Positions 28,017 through 39,322 of a DNA stretch of 64,000 nt are shown piece by piece; position 1 is the first letter of the stretch, and each line of letters starts with the position of its first letter. A program made the translations under genes and the position numbers. The stretch is from a virus (taxonomy: Duplodnaviria; Caudoviricetes). Where the stretch lies: the IMG/VR virus record IMGVR_UViG_2534682207_000010, positions 12,441 to 76,440 of that record; one strand, given 5' to 3'. A model generated the notes under the pieces. It did not search any database. It was not told the DNA's origin and was given only the letters and a program-made list of their open reading frames with translations.

Positions 28017-28316
28017 ATGAGATTTATTAGAGAAACCAACCATTCTTCTGCAATTATTTGTGGAAAACTTTATAGAACAAATAATGCGGAAGTAATTGGT
28101 GAACAAAATGGTAGAAAATATTTTATGACTCTTAGAAGAAACTTCTTTTCGGCAAAATGTGGATTTGAAGATTATCAAGATGCATATGGAGATGCTCACA
28201 TAATTGCAATTTACTCTGATATTAGAATGGAATCAGTAGAAAAAGCAAAAGAGATTCTTGGATTTACTGATGTTAAACGATATTGTGAAGTTTTTGGACA
28301 AGTAGAAGAAGCATAG
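28017..28316 (+). CDS. hypothetical protein inserted in tRNA cluster
   Basis: AT-rich ORF with AAGGTG RBS between tRNA-CAT and tRNA-Gln. Confidence 0.6.
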   Translation: MRFIRETNHSSAIICGKLYRTNNAEVIGEQNGRKYFMTLRRNFFSAKCGFEDYQDAYGDAHIIAIYSDIRMESVEKAKEILGFTDVKRYCEVFGQVEEA

Positions 28317-28321
28317 ATTTA

Positions 28322-28393
28322 TGGGCTATCGCCAAGCGGTAAGGCACAGGACTTTGACTTCTGTACTCGTTGGTTCGAATCCAACTAGCCAAA
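28322..28393 (+). tRNA. tRNA-Gln(TTG)
   Basis: TGGGCTATCGCCAAGCGGTAAGGC 5' end; CAGGA-CTTTGAC-TTCTG; GGTTCGAATCC. Confidence 0.9.
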
Positions 28394-28493
28394 CTAGGCA
28401 AGGATAGTGATTGCAACACGAAAGCGGTAAGCCTTAACCGTTTCCTTGCCTAAATCCAAATTGGGGCAATTACTTGAAAGGTAGGTAATAAAA

Positions 28494-29411
28494 ATGACAG
28501 CAAGAAGTTTATTTATAAATAAAGATAGAATGCTCAACATTCGCCAAGAATTGGCTATGTTAGTTGGGCTTAATGAAGCCATTGTTCTCAACCAGATTGA
28601 ATACTGGTTGGAGTTTAATGAGCGGAGCGGAAAGAATTTTATTGATGGAAGATACTGGACATTTAATACATATGAGGATTGGCAAAGAGATAATTTTCCT
28701 TTTTGGTTGATTCCAACAATTAAACGGATTTTTGCAAAATTAGAAAAGGACGGATATGTAATTTCCGCAAATCATAATACATATTCGTTTGATAAGACAA
28801 AATGGTATTCGATAGATTATAAAAAACTTGAGGAATCTATGATGAACAATCGAACGTATCAAAATGATACGACGGACGTATCATTTTGCGACATTCGAGC
28901 AAATCAAGATGAACCAACCAATACCAGAGAGTACTATACAGAGAATACATCAAAGAGTACACTAAATTCTTTTTCTAAAGAAAAAGGAGGAGCGAATACT
29001 CCGACCGATAGAATCGGTGCGAAGGACGATGTGTTCCATAATGATGGAAAAGACGTAAAAGGCGAAGTGCTTACAAGAACAATCAGGTTGTGTCGAGATA
29101 AATTATTTTACGATGATGATAGTGTAGTAGAGAACATAATAAATACCATCAGTTATTATTTTGACAAATATCACGAGCATACAGGAGGATTTCACCCAAG
29201 AATGTCAGACCAAACGCTGATTAAGGTTATCGAAAAGCTTGTTGAAGGAAGTAAAGATTTCGAGGACCTAATTTCGTTTGATAATGGGTATTATTCTTTG
29301 ATTGATAAGCATTTTACTGTAAACTATGGAAAAAATATAGATTGGCATTTACCACATTTTGCAACGGAGGGAATAATACAAAGGCTTGCTTACAAGTCAG
29401 ATTATTATTGA
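28494..29411 (+). CDS. second replication-initiator-like winged-helix protein
   Basis: GLNEAIVLNQIEYW...GRYWTFNTYEDW...LEKDG...DKTKWYSIDY signature. Confidence 0.75.
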   Translation: MTARSLFINKDRMLNIRQELAMLVGLNEAIVLNQIEYWLEFNERSGKNFIDGRYWTFNTYEDWQRDNFPFWLIPTIKRIFAKLEKDGYVISANHNTYSFDKTKWYSIDYKKLEESMMNNRTYQNDTTDVSFCDIRANQDEPTNTREYYTENTSKSTLNSFSKEKGGANTPTDRIGAKDDVFHNDGKDVKGEVLTRTIRLCRDKLFYDDDSVVENIINTISYYFDKYHEHTGGFHPRMSDQTLIKVIEKLVEGSKDFEDLISFDNGYYSLIDKHFTVNYGKNIDWHLPHFATEGIIQRLAYKSDYY

Positions 29412-29423
29412 AAATAAAGCACG

Positions 29424-32400
29424 ATGAACAGAGAGCAACAGCGCCAGAAGATTCAGAAATTCGTTAAGTCAGCTAAAGGTAAGCGGATGTATGGGAGAAT
29501 AGAAGAGCAGACTGGAAAGAAGCTGTCCAGAGTGGAGAAAGAGCTGATAGCTATTGATTGTCTGGATTGTATAGAACTGAATACTGGTAAATTGGACGAA
29601 TTGAGGAAATTGGGAGAAGCATATGGAGAATCGTTGTGAAAAGTGTGAGTTTCTTGATATTGATTATGAGTGGGACGATGAAGCAAATGATGAAGTCAAC
29701 ATATACCAGTGCCAGAAAGAAAATGAAGTAGGACTGCAAGTACACGGCATTGGCTGTCCATATTTCAAAGAATTTATAGCACCTGAATACATAGAAAAAG
29801 ATACAGAATGCGATAAATGTGATATTTTACCGATGTGTATTGCAAATGGAAATTGCGTAGAAGTTACAACGTCAATGGATTCCAGAAGTCATTACATTCT
29901 CGGATTCTGTGCAATATGTGATAAGTAAGGATTGGAGGACATTTGTATGCAGGTCACAAAACACGCCAAAGAGCGATTGAAAGAGCGTTGCGGTCTGAAT
30001 GATAAATCTTCGGAGCGGATGGCAAAAATTGCATATGAGAAAGGTCTTCGTCATGGTGATTTGACCGGCAATCTGAAAAAGTGGGTGGACAAGCAGTATT
30101 TCTATAATCGTAGAGCGAACCAGATTCGGCTTTGCGGGGATAAGGCGTACATATTCCATAACCAGAACTTAATTACTGTGATTCAGATACCGCATAACCT
30201 TGTCAAAGAGGTTGTGCGGATTAGTAAGAAGGGGAATGAAATTTGATTATAGCAAGAGTGGTTGATTTTATAAAGTCATGGCTGTATTATCCTGAAATGA
30301 AACGGTATTTAAGAGAAAAATGTAATGTCTGTTATCAAAAAAGCAGAGTTAAGTACGCATGGTGGCATTGCCATGCGGGTAAGTTGAAGAATCGGAGGTA
30401 GTTCTATGTTTGATATGAAAAAGCCAGGAGTAAGGGAATGGATGAACGTACAATAAACATTCTTCAGGACATTAACGAAAATAACCAAAAAGAGGAATCC
30501 TGCAGCCGACATGGATTTGAACGTAAGAAAATCAATGGCCTGCCGAAGTATCGTTGTAAGAACTGTGGTTGTGTGGAAGACGTTGCTTTCGTGAAAGGGT
30601 ATATGAGAGGATTAGAGCATGTGAAAATCAATTATCAGAAAGAAATCTTAAATGCGACACCAAGTCCGAGGGAGGCTTGAAATGGAAATAAAGAAAATTA
30701 TAGCTGATAAGCGTCCAATGTTCTGCTGTGAGTGTCCATTAAATGTTTCGACCATTAGAACCCTAAAGAAAGGCCAGTGTGGTAAGCAAGAAATTTTTAG
30801 AAATCACAGCGGATGGGACGTTGGGGTAAAAGTGCCGGACGAACGGTGTTTGATTGAAATGGAGGTATAGCATGGCAAGAGTAATATCAAAAACAGATGA
30901 TGGAAGTTTTAGTGTTGATGTTCCGATTAGACTTATTGGTTCAGAATATTACATTGAGAAATATGCTTATGAAGAGGCAATAAATAAGGCATTGGATGAA
31001 ATAGAAAAGTATAAAAAGGCTTTTGAAGATTTGAAACAGGAGAGAGTCAAGCTAATTTCTGACATGCAGGCATATATTGACTGCCTGAAAGCCGAATTAG
31101 TGGAAGTACAGTGCCACTCTGATAAATTGAAGCAGGAACTGAAAATGAAAGATGGCACAAAGATGTTTGATACTCTTATGGAAAATTCTTCTGGAGAGGC
31201 AAGGGAACTTCTTTCTCGGCATTTGTATGAAAATCTGTGCTGTGTTGAGTTGAATCGAGCAAAGGGACTGATTCTTCCGTCAGAGCCTATTGATGTAGCT
31301 TCTATGCTTATCAAGGCTACGGTAACAGTTAAAATAAATCCAATTCAAAAGGTGTTGGCTCAAAACATTCCAGATGAATATGAGACAGAGAAATATTCTA
31401 AAAGCGATTTGCGGCAGATTGCGGAGCATTTGCTGGCGTACTGCAAAAATGTAGAGAACGAGGATTGATTGAGCGGAGGTATAGAGATGATGAGCATGGA
31501 AGATATTGATTGGTTGAATCGGTGCAAGCAAGACCCTGGGAAATATCGAATTGATGTTGACAATGACTGCATATTTGTAACGGATTTGCAAGCAGATGAT
31601 TGTGTACATACATTTTCAAGCTATGGATATGAGTTCGTGCAGGAATTGTTGTGCTTTTTCGGTTATAACGCAGAGTTTGTGTAGGTGGATATAATGGAAA
31701 CATATCAAGCAATTTATAAGTGTCGGTTGTGCGGAGAAGAACGAACCGACTATTTTTCACCAGAAGTTTGCCAGTTAATAAGGAGGATGGCGTGAAAGTA
31801 ATTATATGCGGCAATGGGAAACAATTTGTTTTGCCGAAGGATATTCAGGAAGTGCAGTTTGATTCAGAATCGTTGGATGAAGAAACACAAAGGATGATTG
31901 ATGATTTGCGTTCTTCGGTAGAATTGAAGGCTTCTTTTGATATGCCAGTTCCTCCAGGCGAATTATTTTTTGTTTGGAGCGGCTTATGCACATGGGAGCA
32001 ACTTCAGAAAAACAACTGGCGAAAACTTCACGGTTTGATAATGAGGAGGCGAAAAGGTGTATCCAGTAGAATTTCCAGAACAAAATGGCGTATTTGTAGC
32101 AGAGGGATGTGAGGATTTGCCCGCTTGCAATCAGTACAACGAGCAGTTCATGACAGACGAAGTTATTTCCTTGTGGCAGTTTTCTGATGATGACTTGGTG
32201 GCAATTTTGAAACAGTTGAAAGCAGGAATACGGCCAGCGATTCATTTATCTGTGATTGGCGGTCAACCTCCGGTAAGTATGTGGGTAAGGAAGAATGAAG
32301 ATTGATGATGGAGTGATAAAAAGGATTGAGCAGGCTTTTGGATTCCAGTTGTATGACTGGCAGAAAGATTACCTGTTGGGGAAAACAAGGTATAGAGCTG

Positions 32401-33820
32401 GCGGTAGATGCAACGGAAACACATTCGCATACTGTGTGAAATTGCTCTTGTCTGACGGAGAGCCAATTCAGAGACGTTATTTGTCGATATACCGTGATGA
32501 AGAGCATGGAAACGGATATCCAAGATGTTTTGCCGGATATGCGTTGGAAATCAATGATATACTGATGGCAGCAGGGTTTGAAACGAGGTTAGAGAAATGA
32601 AACGAAGATTTAATAAAGGGGATATTGTTCTTTGCACAAAGTTTTCTATCGAACAGAATATGATAATTGATGAAAGCGGAATCAAAGTTGTACCATGTGT
32701 TAATGATACGTGGTTTAACAGAAAGGCTTATGTCAGTAAAGTCTATAAGGAATACATGGAGCAAACGCTTGGTGGAACATATGAGGAAAAAGACGAATAT
32801 GAGATAACATTCCTTGATGATGGAAATACGTTGGCGTGGGTAAGTGGGAACGACTTAACACTCATGATGAGAAACGATTGTGCTCATATTCTAAGTTTGC
32901 TGGGAGGATGGAATAAATGCTTTTAAGACCAGAAATGGAATATGATACTCCTATGAAATACTGTACAATAAAAATTGATGAAAACTTATATCCATCTGTA
33001 ATGCAGGAGCACAGGTTGATTTCAGAAGGATTCGATGTAAACATGAAAATAGTTACAAATTGTAGAATCATTCGAAAATATGTTTTTGAGAAGCCAATTG
33101 CCGTATTCAAACCAGAACTTTTTAAAGTTGAATGTGACGATGGACATTGTAGCATATGTTACATGGCGGATAATAGGCTATCAATAATTGAAATTGAAGG
33201 GACTGAGATGGATTTTTCAAAAGCAATGAATCCGCCAGAAGATGGATTTGACGGGCAAGCAGATATAAAAGACGGATGGATTATCTGTCCTTATTGTCAG
33301 AAAAAACAGTTTAAAGTAAATTCTGATACGCGGATAGAGAAAATGCCATATAAGTGCAAAAACAGTAGATGTCGGAAGGAGATAATTGTAAATGTGGAGT
33401 AAGATAAAGCATTACATGAAGTGGAATTTTATGACAGGCCATATTAGTATTGGGAATCTTACAGTATATGGGAGAAATGCCATGCATTGGGGAGTACAAC
33501 TACATACTAAAAAATACGGGTATATTTGTTTTAGGTTGCCTTTTCTATGTGATGGACATTGGTGGCCGCTGTATTTCTATTGTAGTCCCAATGCAACACC
33601 TTGGGCGGCAACATTTATGATTGGGAAGAAACATGACTACGATGATTGGGCAAAATCAAGAGTTCGTAGACTTTGCTTAGGGCATAATTTTGATGTTCAT
33701 GGTTGGAATAAAGAATATGAATGCGAAAATTATGATATTCTTCGTGGCATAAACAGGAGCCTTGCAACGAGATGTTGGTATTATCAAAAATGGCAGAAAG
33801 AACATCCCGAACAGGATTAA
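29424..33820 (+). other. run of 13 small co-oriented hypothetical genes (29424-29639, 29623-29928, 29947-30246, 30438-30680, 30682-30870, 30872-31468, 31487-31684, 31792-32112, 32057-32305, 32295-32600, 32597-32926, 32917-33402, 33392-33820)
   Basis: RBS-bearing, often overlapping ORFs; several Cys-rich; no family recognised confidently. Confidence 0.65.
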
Positions 33821-33901
33821 GTGAAAAATTATGTCGATTTAAACCAGTGCCTAGTGAGCCTTCGACCTTTGCGAAATAAACAGAGGAAGGAGGCTTTTCT
33901 T

Positions 33902-36661
33902 ATGAATTTCCAGGAACACCGGGAATTAATCAAAAAATTAAAGCGGCAGATTACAGAGCCGCCATCTTTGGACATTTTGCAACTTCTTCTGTCCGAACTT
34001 CAATATACGATGCAGGATAACCCGGATTTGGGTGCAGATGAACGAAAATATGTGTTTTCTTACTCTGGGTTTATCAAACGATGGTCGTTACAGCGACTAC
34101 AGCAGACGCTTGACCCTCAATGGGACAAGTTATACTGGGATACGATGCTATTTGAAGCCAGAAACCGTGTGGTGGACAGCTACTTGATTTATCTGGAGAA
34201 GAATCGTGACCCAGAAGATAAGTTTTATGAGCCACGCCGCAAGCAATTCTTGAAAATGGGTTTCACGCAAGCGTTACAGGATTTGATAGATGATGAAATA
34301 GATATTTTGAGCATATCTACCGTACCTGGGAGCGGTAAAGAGCAACCTTTGTATAGTAAAGTCCTTACGCCTAATGGATTTATTCAAATGGGAGAAGTGA
34401 CTGTTGGTACAGTTGTCCTTACTCCGTGTGGAGATACTGCACGGGTTACAGGAGTCTTTCCACAAGGCATAAAAGATGTGTATAGAGTATATTTCAACGA
34501 TGGAACACATGCTGATTGTGGTCTGGAGCATTTATGGAAAGTCCAGAACAGAAATGATAGGAGAACTGGAAAAGAGCGAGTTATTCCTTTAAAAGATATT
34601 CTTAACTCTGTCAGAATCGGTACAGATAGTAGAAAAAATTACTCCATCAACTATGTTGAAAAGCTAAACTTTGAATTATGCCAAAAAGACATTGACCCGT
34701 ATGTATTGGGAGTGTTGCTTGGAGATGGGGCATTAGAAAAAGGAGCAAGAATTACTAATGCAGAAACAGATATTATCGAAAAGGTAAGTTCCAGGTTGAA
34801 ATCAGGTGAAAGATTATCCTGTCAGAGTACCAAAGGTGTTGATTACGGTATCGTAAATACACATAGAGTTACAGATGAAAAAGGTCATTTGGTAAAAAGC
34901 AATACTGTAGCAGCGTTGGAGAATTATGGACTTTTGGGAAAGAAAAGTATTGAAAAATTTATTCCAGAAGAATACATGAAAGGGTCTTTTGAAGAACGGA
35001 TAGAGCTTTTAAGAGGAATTTTAGATGCGGATGGATATGTAGCAAGTGGATATATCGAATATAGCACATCATCAAAACAACTGGGTGAAGATGTCGTATC
35101 TTTAGTACGTTCTCTTGGAGGGTATGCAACGGTTAGGAAAAAATGCCCTAGCTATACATACAATGGAGAAAAGAAATATGGCAAATATTCATATCGGATT
35201 GTAATCCAATTTCCGAAAGATATTGTGCCGGTATCTTCTGAGAAACACTTGAAAAAGTTGCATGTTAAAAGAAAAAATCTAAAGAAATACATTGAGAAAA
35301 TTGAATATATCGGGAAATTTCCGTGCCAGTGTATAATGATTGACCACAAAGACCACCTGTATATTACAGATGATTATATTGTCACACATAATACCACGCT
35401 CGGAGAAATGTTTATTTCTGGGTTCATGGGATGGTTCCCGGATTTGTGTAACCTGTTTTCATCCCACAGTGGTCATGTTACCCGGATGGTTTATCAGGTT
35501 GTTTGCAATATCATTGGAATTGGTTTGAAGCCTGGACAGATACCGGAATACACATGGAGAGAAATATTTCCAGATGTTGAGGTAGAAAGCAACAATGCAA
35601 ACGAACAGGAAATCAATCTTGGAAAGTTTAAGCCATTTAAGACACTGACCTGCAGAGCGTTGGGAGCTTCACAGACTGGTGTTACCCGATGTGAAGGTAT
35701 TCTGTATTGTGATGATTTGTGCTCCGGTATCGAAATGGCTCTTTCCAAAATTCGTCTGGATAAGCTTTGGACAATGTATAGTACCGACTTAAAAACCCGT
35801 AAAAAGAAGGGGAAGAGAGGTAGAAAATGTAAAGAACTTCACATTGCTACCAGATGGTCTGTATGGGATGTAATTGGGCGTATAAAAACTATCTATCAAA
35901 GTAATAAGCGCTGCCGTTTCATTTCAGTGCCGGATATTGACCCGGCAACAGGGGAAAGCAATTTTGATTATGATTATGGCGTTGGATTCGATGTGGAGTA
36001 TTTTGAAGATATCGAAAAGTCGCTGGATGATATTACATATAAGTGTTTATACAAGAATGAACCCGTAGAACGCGAGGGAATCCTTTATAATCCAGATATG
36101 CTGCGGCGATATTATGGAGAGCTGCCGCCAAAAGAGCCAGATGCTATATGGGCGTTCTGCGATACAAAAGATACGGGAACGGACTATAACTGTCTAGGGG
36201 TGTTTTATCAGTATGGAGAAGATTATTATCTTCATGATGTGGTATTCCAGAGTATTGACCCGTACCTATTGGATGATTTGAATGCGGACTGTCTGGTGCG
36301 GAATGATGTGCAAATCGCGGTATTTGAGAGCAACAAAGAGGGTAGCAGAACCGGCGATAAGGTTCAGGAAAAAGTAAAAGAAAAGGGCGGACGAACCAGC
36401 ATTGAAAAGAGATTCACAACCACCAATAAGGAAACAAAGATTATTGTCAATAGTCCGTGGGTAATTCAGCATGTGCTATTTAAGCACCCGGATTGCTATG
36501 AGGTTAAGTCTGATTATGGACAATTCATGTCATGGCTTTGTGCGTATAGCCAGTTGGCAAAGAATCCGCACGATGACGCACCCGATATGGTAGCCATGTT
36601 AGCTGTTTACAGAAGCGGCGGAGGTGTAGCTTCAGCAAAGCCTATGTCACGACCATTCTGA
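33902..36661 (+). CDS. terL: terminase large subunit with intein
   Basis: Walker A PGSGK|TT split by intein; YCDDL Walker B; HIATRW; C-terminal CDTKDTGTDY...HDDAPD nuclease. Confidence 0.93.
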   Translation: MNFQEHRELIKKLKRQITEPPSLDILQLLLSELQYTMQDNPDLGADERKYVFSYSGFIKRWSLQRLQQTLDPQWDKLYWDTMLFEARNRVVDSYLIYLEKNRDPEDKFYEPRRKQFLKMGFTQALQDLIDDEIDILSISTVPGSGKEQPLYSKVLTPNGFIQMGEVTVGTVVLTPCGDTARVTGVFPQGIKDVYRVYFNDGTHADCGLEHLWKVQNRNDRRTGKERVIPLKDILNSVRIGTDSRKNYSINYVEKLNFELCQKDIDPYVLGVLLGDGALEKGARITNAETDIIEKVSSRLKSGERLSCQSTKGVDYGIVNTHRVTDEKGHLVKSNTVAALENYGLLGKKSIEKFIPEEYMKGSFEERIELLRGILDADGYVASGYIEYSTSSKQLGEDVVSLVRSLGGYATVRKKCPSYTYNGEKKYGKYSYRIVIQFPKDIVPVSSEKHLKKLHVKRKNLKKYIEKIEYIGKFPCQCIMIDHKDHLYITDDYIVTHNTTLGEMFISGFMGWFPDLCNLFSSHSGHVTRMVYQVVCNIIGIGLKPGQIPEYTWREIFPDVEVESNNANEQEINLGKFKPFKTLTCRALGASQTGVTRCEGILYCDDLCSGIEMALSKIRLDKLWTMYSTDLKTRKKKGKRGRKCKELHIATRWSVWDVIGRIKTIYQSNKRCRFISVPDIDPATGESNFDYDYGVGFDVEYFEDIEKSLDDITYKCLYKNEPVEREGILYNPDMLRRYYGELPPKEPDAIWAFCDTKDTGTDYNCLGVFYQYGEDYYLHDVVFQSIDPYLLDDLNADCLVRNDVQIAVFESNKEGSRTGDKVQEKVKEKGGRTSIEKRFTTTNKETKIIVNSPWVIQHVLFKHPDCYEVKSDYGQFMSWLCAYSQLAKNPHDDAPDMVAMLAVYRSGGGVASAKPMSRPF
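34340..35392 (+). mobile_element. 351-aa intein with LAGLIDADG homing endonuclease (class 3 signature)
   Basis: Starts EQPLYSKVLTP, ends IVTHN then +1 Thr; LGVLLGDG and LRGILDADG; EHLW, CQC, THN. Confidence 0.9.
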
Positions 36662-36680
36662 ATTAAGGAGGACAAGAATC

Positions 36681-37136
36681 ATGCAAGCTTTGACAAGAGA
36701 GTATCTGGCAACTTATGTGTACCTGGAATCTGAAATCAAAAGAATTCGGGGCAGAATAAAATATTATGAAAATCATCCGGTTCAGCAACAGTATGGCATC
36801 GTAAAAGGCTCTATGAAGCAGTTTCCATTTACTGAATGTCATTTTGTGGTTTCTGGTCCAACTATAAAGTCGAACTTAGAACGGGAAAAAATGGTACGCC
36901 AGTTGATTATCGACCTCAAAGGTAATGAACAACTTTTTGAAGATATGAAATTAGATATTGAGACTTTTTTGGAAACACTACCTGCTGAGGATATTGAAAT
37001 TAAGCATATTTTAGGATTAAAGTATGTAGAACGCAAATCCGATGGAGAAATAGCGAAGAAATTGAATTATAGCAGGAGGACCATAGGACTTAAGATTGAT
37101 AAGTTTCTGAATGCGATTCAAAAAGAAAAGAAGTAG
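36681..37136 (+). CDS. late transcription activator (RinA/ArpU-like, sigma region 4 type HTH)
   Basis: C-terminal LKYVERKSDGEIAKKLNYSRRTI HTH; upstream of portal. Confidence 0.7.
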   Translation: MQALTREYLATYVYLESEIKRIRGRIKYYENHPVQQQYGIVKGSMKQFPFTECHFVVSGPTIKSNLEREKMVRQLIIDLKGNEQLFEDMKLDIETFLETLPAEDIEIKHILGLKYVERKSDGEIAKKLNYSRRTIGLKIDKFLNAIQKEKK

Positions 37137-37585
37137 CAATTTAACAGGTAAAACGAATACCAGTGATTTTAACAATTTGAAAAATTCAATTGTCATGGTC
37201 AATGTCACTGGATTTGCAATTGGTATTGACGGTAATAATGTTATAATCCAGTGGTTGACCGGAGTAAATAGAGAATTTGGCTATGCACTTAATATTAGCA
37301 CCACGGATGGTACAATGCAGTTCTTCTATCGTGAGAATGGTGCGTGGAAACCATCCTGGACCAAATAATCATTTTATCCATATTACGGAATCTGTTCCAG
37401 TTTTTCTGTCTCTGGATGCATATGTTATTCCATCGTTAGAGAATGTAAGTAAACGTGACCATTCTTCGTTAAAAATAAATTCCAGTGTTATCCCTTGGAG
37501 GTTTTCGTTTACAAAGATTATCATTTTCTGACAACGGGTGAACGTAAATGACCCAGTACCTAATTTACTAACTAAATTGCTACTT
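37131..37585. other. remote pair of silent tail-fibre C-terminal cassettes between inverted AAGTAGCAATTTA sites
   Basis: Sites 37131-37143 (+) and 37573-37585 (-); start-less frames 37132-37368 (+, 78 aa SSNLTGK...WKPSWTK) and 37584-37369 (-, 71 aa SSNLVSK...SVIWIK) meet stop-to-stop. Confidence 0.88.
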
Positions 37586-37590
37586 TATTC

Positions 37591-37633
37591 ATCTTTGCCA
37601 CAAATGCCACTTAGGATATGGTAAAATGGTATT
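37591..37633 (+). promoter_or_regulatory. putative late promoter, copy 1
   Basis: TTTGCCACAAATGCCAC direct repeat plus TG-TAAAAT; 39/43 identical to 57670-57712. Confidence 0.65.
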
Positions 37634-37772
37634 AGTAAAAAGTATGCGAGACATCCAAATTAAATTAAGGATGTTTGATATAACTATTAATATTGAAATA
37701 AATGCAAGCCGTTGAAGGATATAGAAAATCCTCCAACGGCCTTACTTTTTTGACAGAAGAGGGTAAAAGCTG

Positions 37773-39221
37773 ATGAACAGTAATAGCTTTATTGATTTAT
37801 GCCATGGACATTTTGGTAGAAAAATTGCATATACGAATGTCGATAGAATTACCAAAGAAAATGTTGTTGGTGTCGTTGGTAAGGCTATTTCAGTTCTGAA
37901 TTACAATCGACCGGCGATACGATATCTTTACGATTACTATAAGGGTGACCAGCCGATTCATTACCGTGAAAAGAAAGTGCGGCCTGACATCAATAACAAG
38001 ACTTGTGAGAATCACGCTCTTGAAATTGTCCGCTTTAGCACCAGTCAGACATATGGGGAGCCGATACAGTATGTCAGCCGAAAAACAGATAAAAAAATCA
38101 ATGATGCCGTGGATAAACTAAATGATTACATGAAGGACGCTCATCGGCAGGCCAGAGATATCAAGCTTGGAAATTTTCAGAGTGCCGTTGGAACTGCCTA
38201 CAAGGTAACGCTTAAAGGAAAGTCAACAGATATTGTTCCGTTCCGAATCCATATTCCGAATCCGCTGAATACGATTGTTGTGTATTCGGCCAAAGATGAT
38301 TCAGATATACTTTCCATTCAGGTATTGAAGGATGAAAAAGACGAACAGTATTATCAGTGCTATTCGGATGATTTATATTTCATCATCAAGGGCGGTAGAG
38401 TAATTGATTCTGGAATAAATGGTCTTGGCGGTATTCCGATTGTGGAGTATCCGAATAATCCGGACAGGCTCTCCGACATTGAAATTGTGATTACGCTTCT
38501 CGACCAGATTAACAAAATGCAGTCTGATAGGATGAATGGCATTGAGCAGTTTATTCAGGCATTTATGCTTTTTAAGAACTGTGAGATTGATGAGAAGAAG
38601 TTTTTACAGATGTGTGACCTTGGTGCTGTGGAGGTTAAAGATTCCGGTCAGGGAATGCAATCAGATGTAAAACTCATGACTGCTGAATTAAATCAGGAAC
38701 AGACACAGGTAGCCAAGGATGATGTGTACCGACAAGTACTTGTCGTTGAGGGTATGCCAGACCGACAGCAGAATACCGGCGGAGATACCGGACAGGCGGT
38801 TTACCTGCGGAATGGTTGGGATTTTGCGGAACAGCGGGCAAAACTGGATGAACCATTTACCATTGAGGCAGAGAAAAAACATGCCAGAATTGTTTTGAAT
38901 ATCATTAAGCAAACAACAAATGATGTTCCTCTGACAGTAAGAGACTTCGATGTGAAGATTACTCGAAATTCTACTGATAATATGCTGGTTAAGGCACAGG
39001 CGCTGGATTATTTACTGAAAAATAAGATTCATCCGCTGATTGCAATTACTGTATGCGGGCTGTTTGGTGACCCGGAAAAGGTTTGGACGCAGAGTAAGCC
39101 GTACATGGATACCATTTTCAAGACGCAGGAGCAACTTGATATTGAAGCTGAAAAAGAACGCACATTGGAACTTTTGAAAACAAAGCAAACTAAAACAGTT
39201 AAAACAGGAAGAGCCGAGTAG
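37773..39221 (+). CDS. portal protein (SPP1 gp6-like)
   Basis: LYDYYKGDQ, GEPIQY, IPIVEYPNN...SDIE, size 482 aa. Confidence 0.92.
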   Translation: MNSNSFIDLCHGHFGRKIAYTNVDRITKENVVGVVGKAISVLNYNRPAIRYLYDYYKGDQPIHYREKKVRPDINNKTCENHALEIVRFSTSQTYGEPIQYVSRKTDKKINDAVDKLNDYMKDAHRQARDIKLGNFQSAVGTAYKVTLKGKSTDIVPFRIHIPNPLNTIVVYSAKDDSDILSIQVLKDEKDEQYYQCYSDDLYFIIKGGRVIDSGINGLGGIPIVEYPNNPDRLSDIEIVITLLDQINKMQSDRMNGIEQFIQAFMLFKNCEIDEKKFLQMCDLGAVEVKDSGQGMQSDVKLMTAELNQEQTQVAKDDVYRQVLVVEGMPDRQQNTGGDTGQAVYLRNGWDFAEQRAKLDEPFTIEAEKKHARIVLNIIKQTTNDVPLTVRDFDVKITRNSTDNMLVKAQALDYLLKNKIHPLIAITVCGLFGDPEKVWTQSKPYMDTIFKTQEQLDIEAEKERTLELLKTKQTKTVKTGRAE

Positions 39222-39322
39222 GCTTTTCTTTTTTTATATCAAAATGGAGCCATCCGATAAATGGCAAAATCCAGCAGGAGCGACCTGCGTTATCAAAAGC
39301 GTGGATTAGAAAGGGGAATAAC

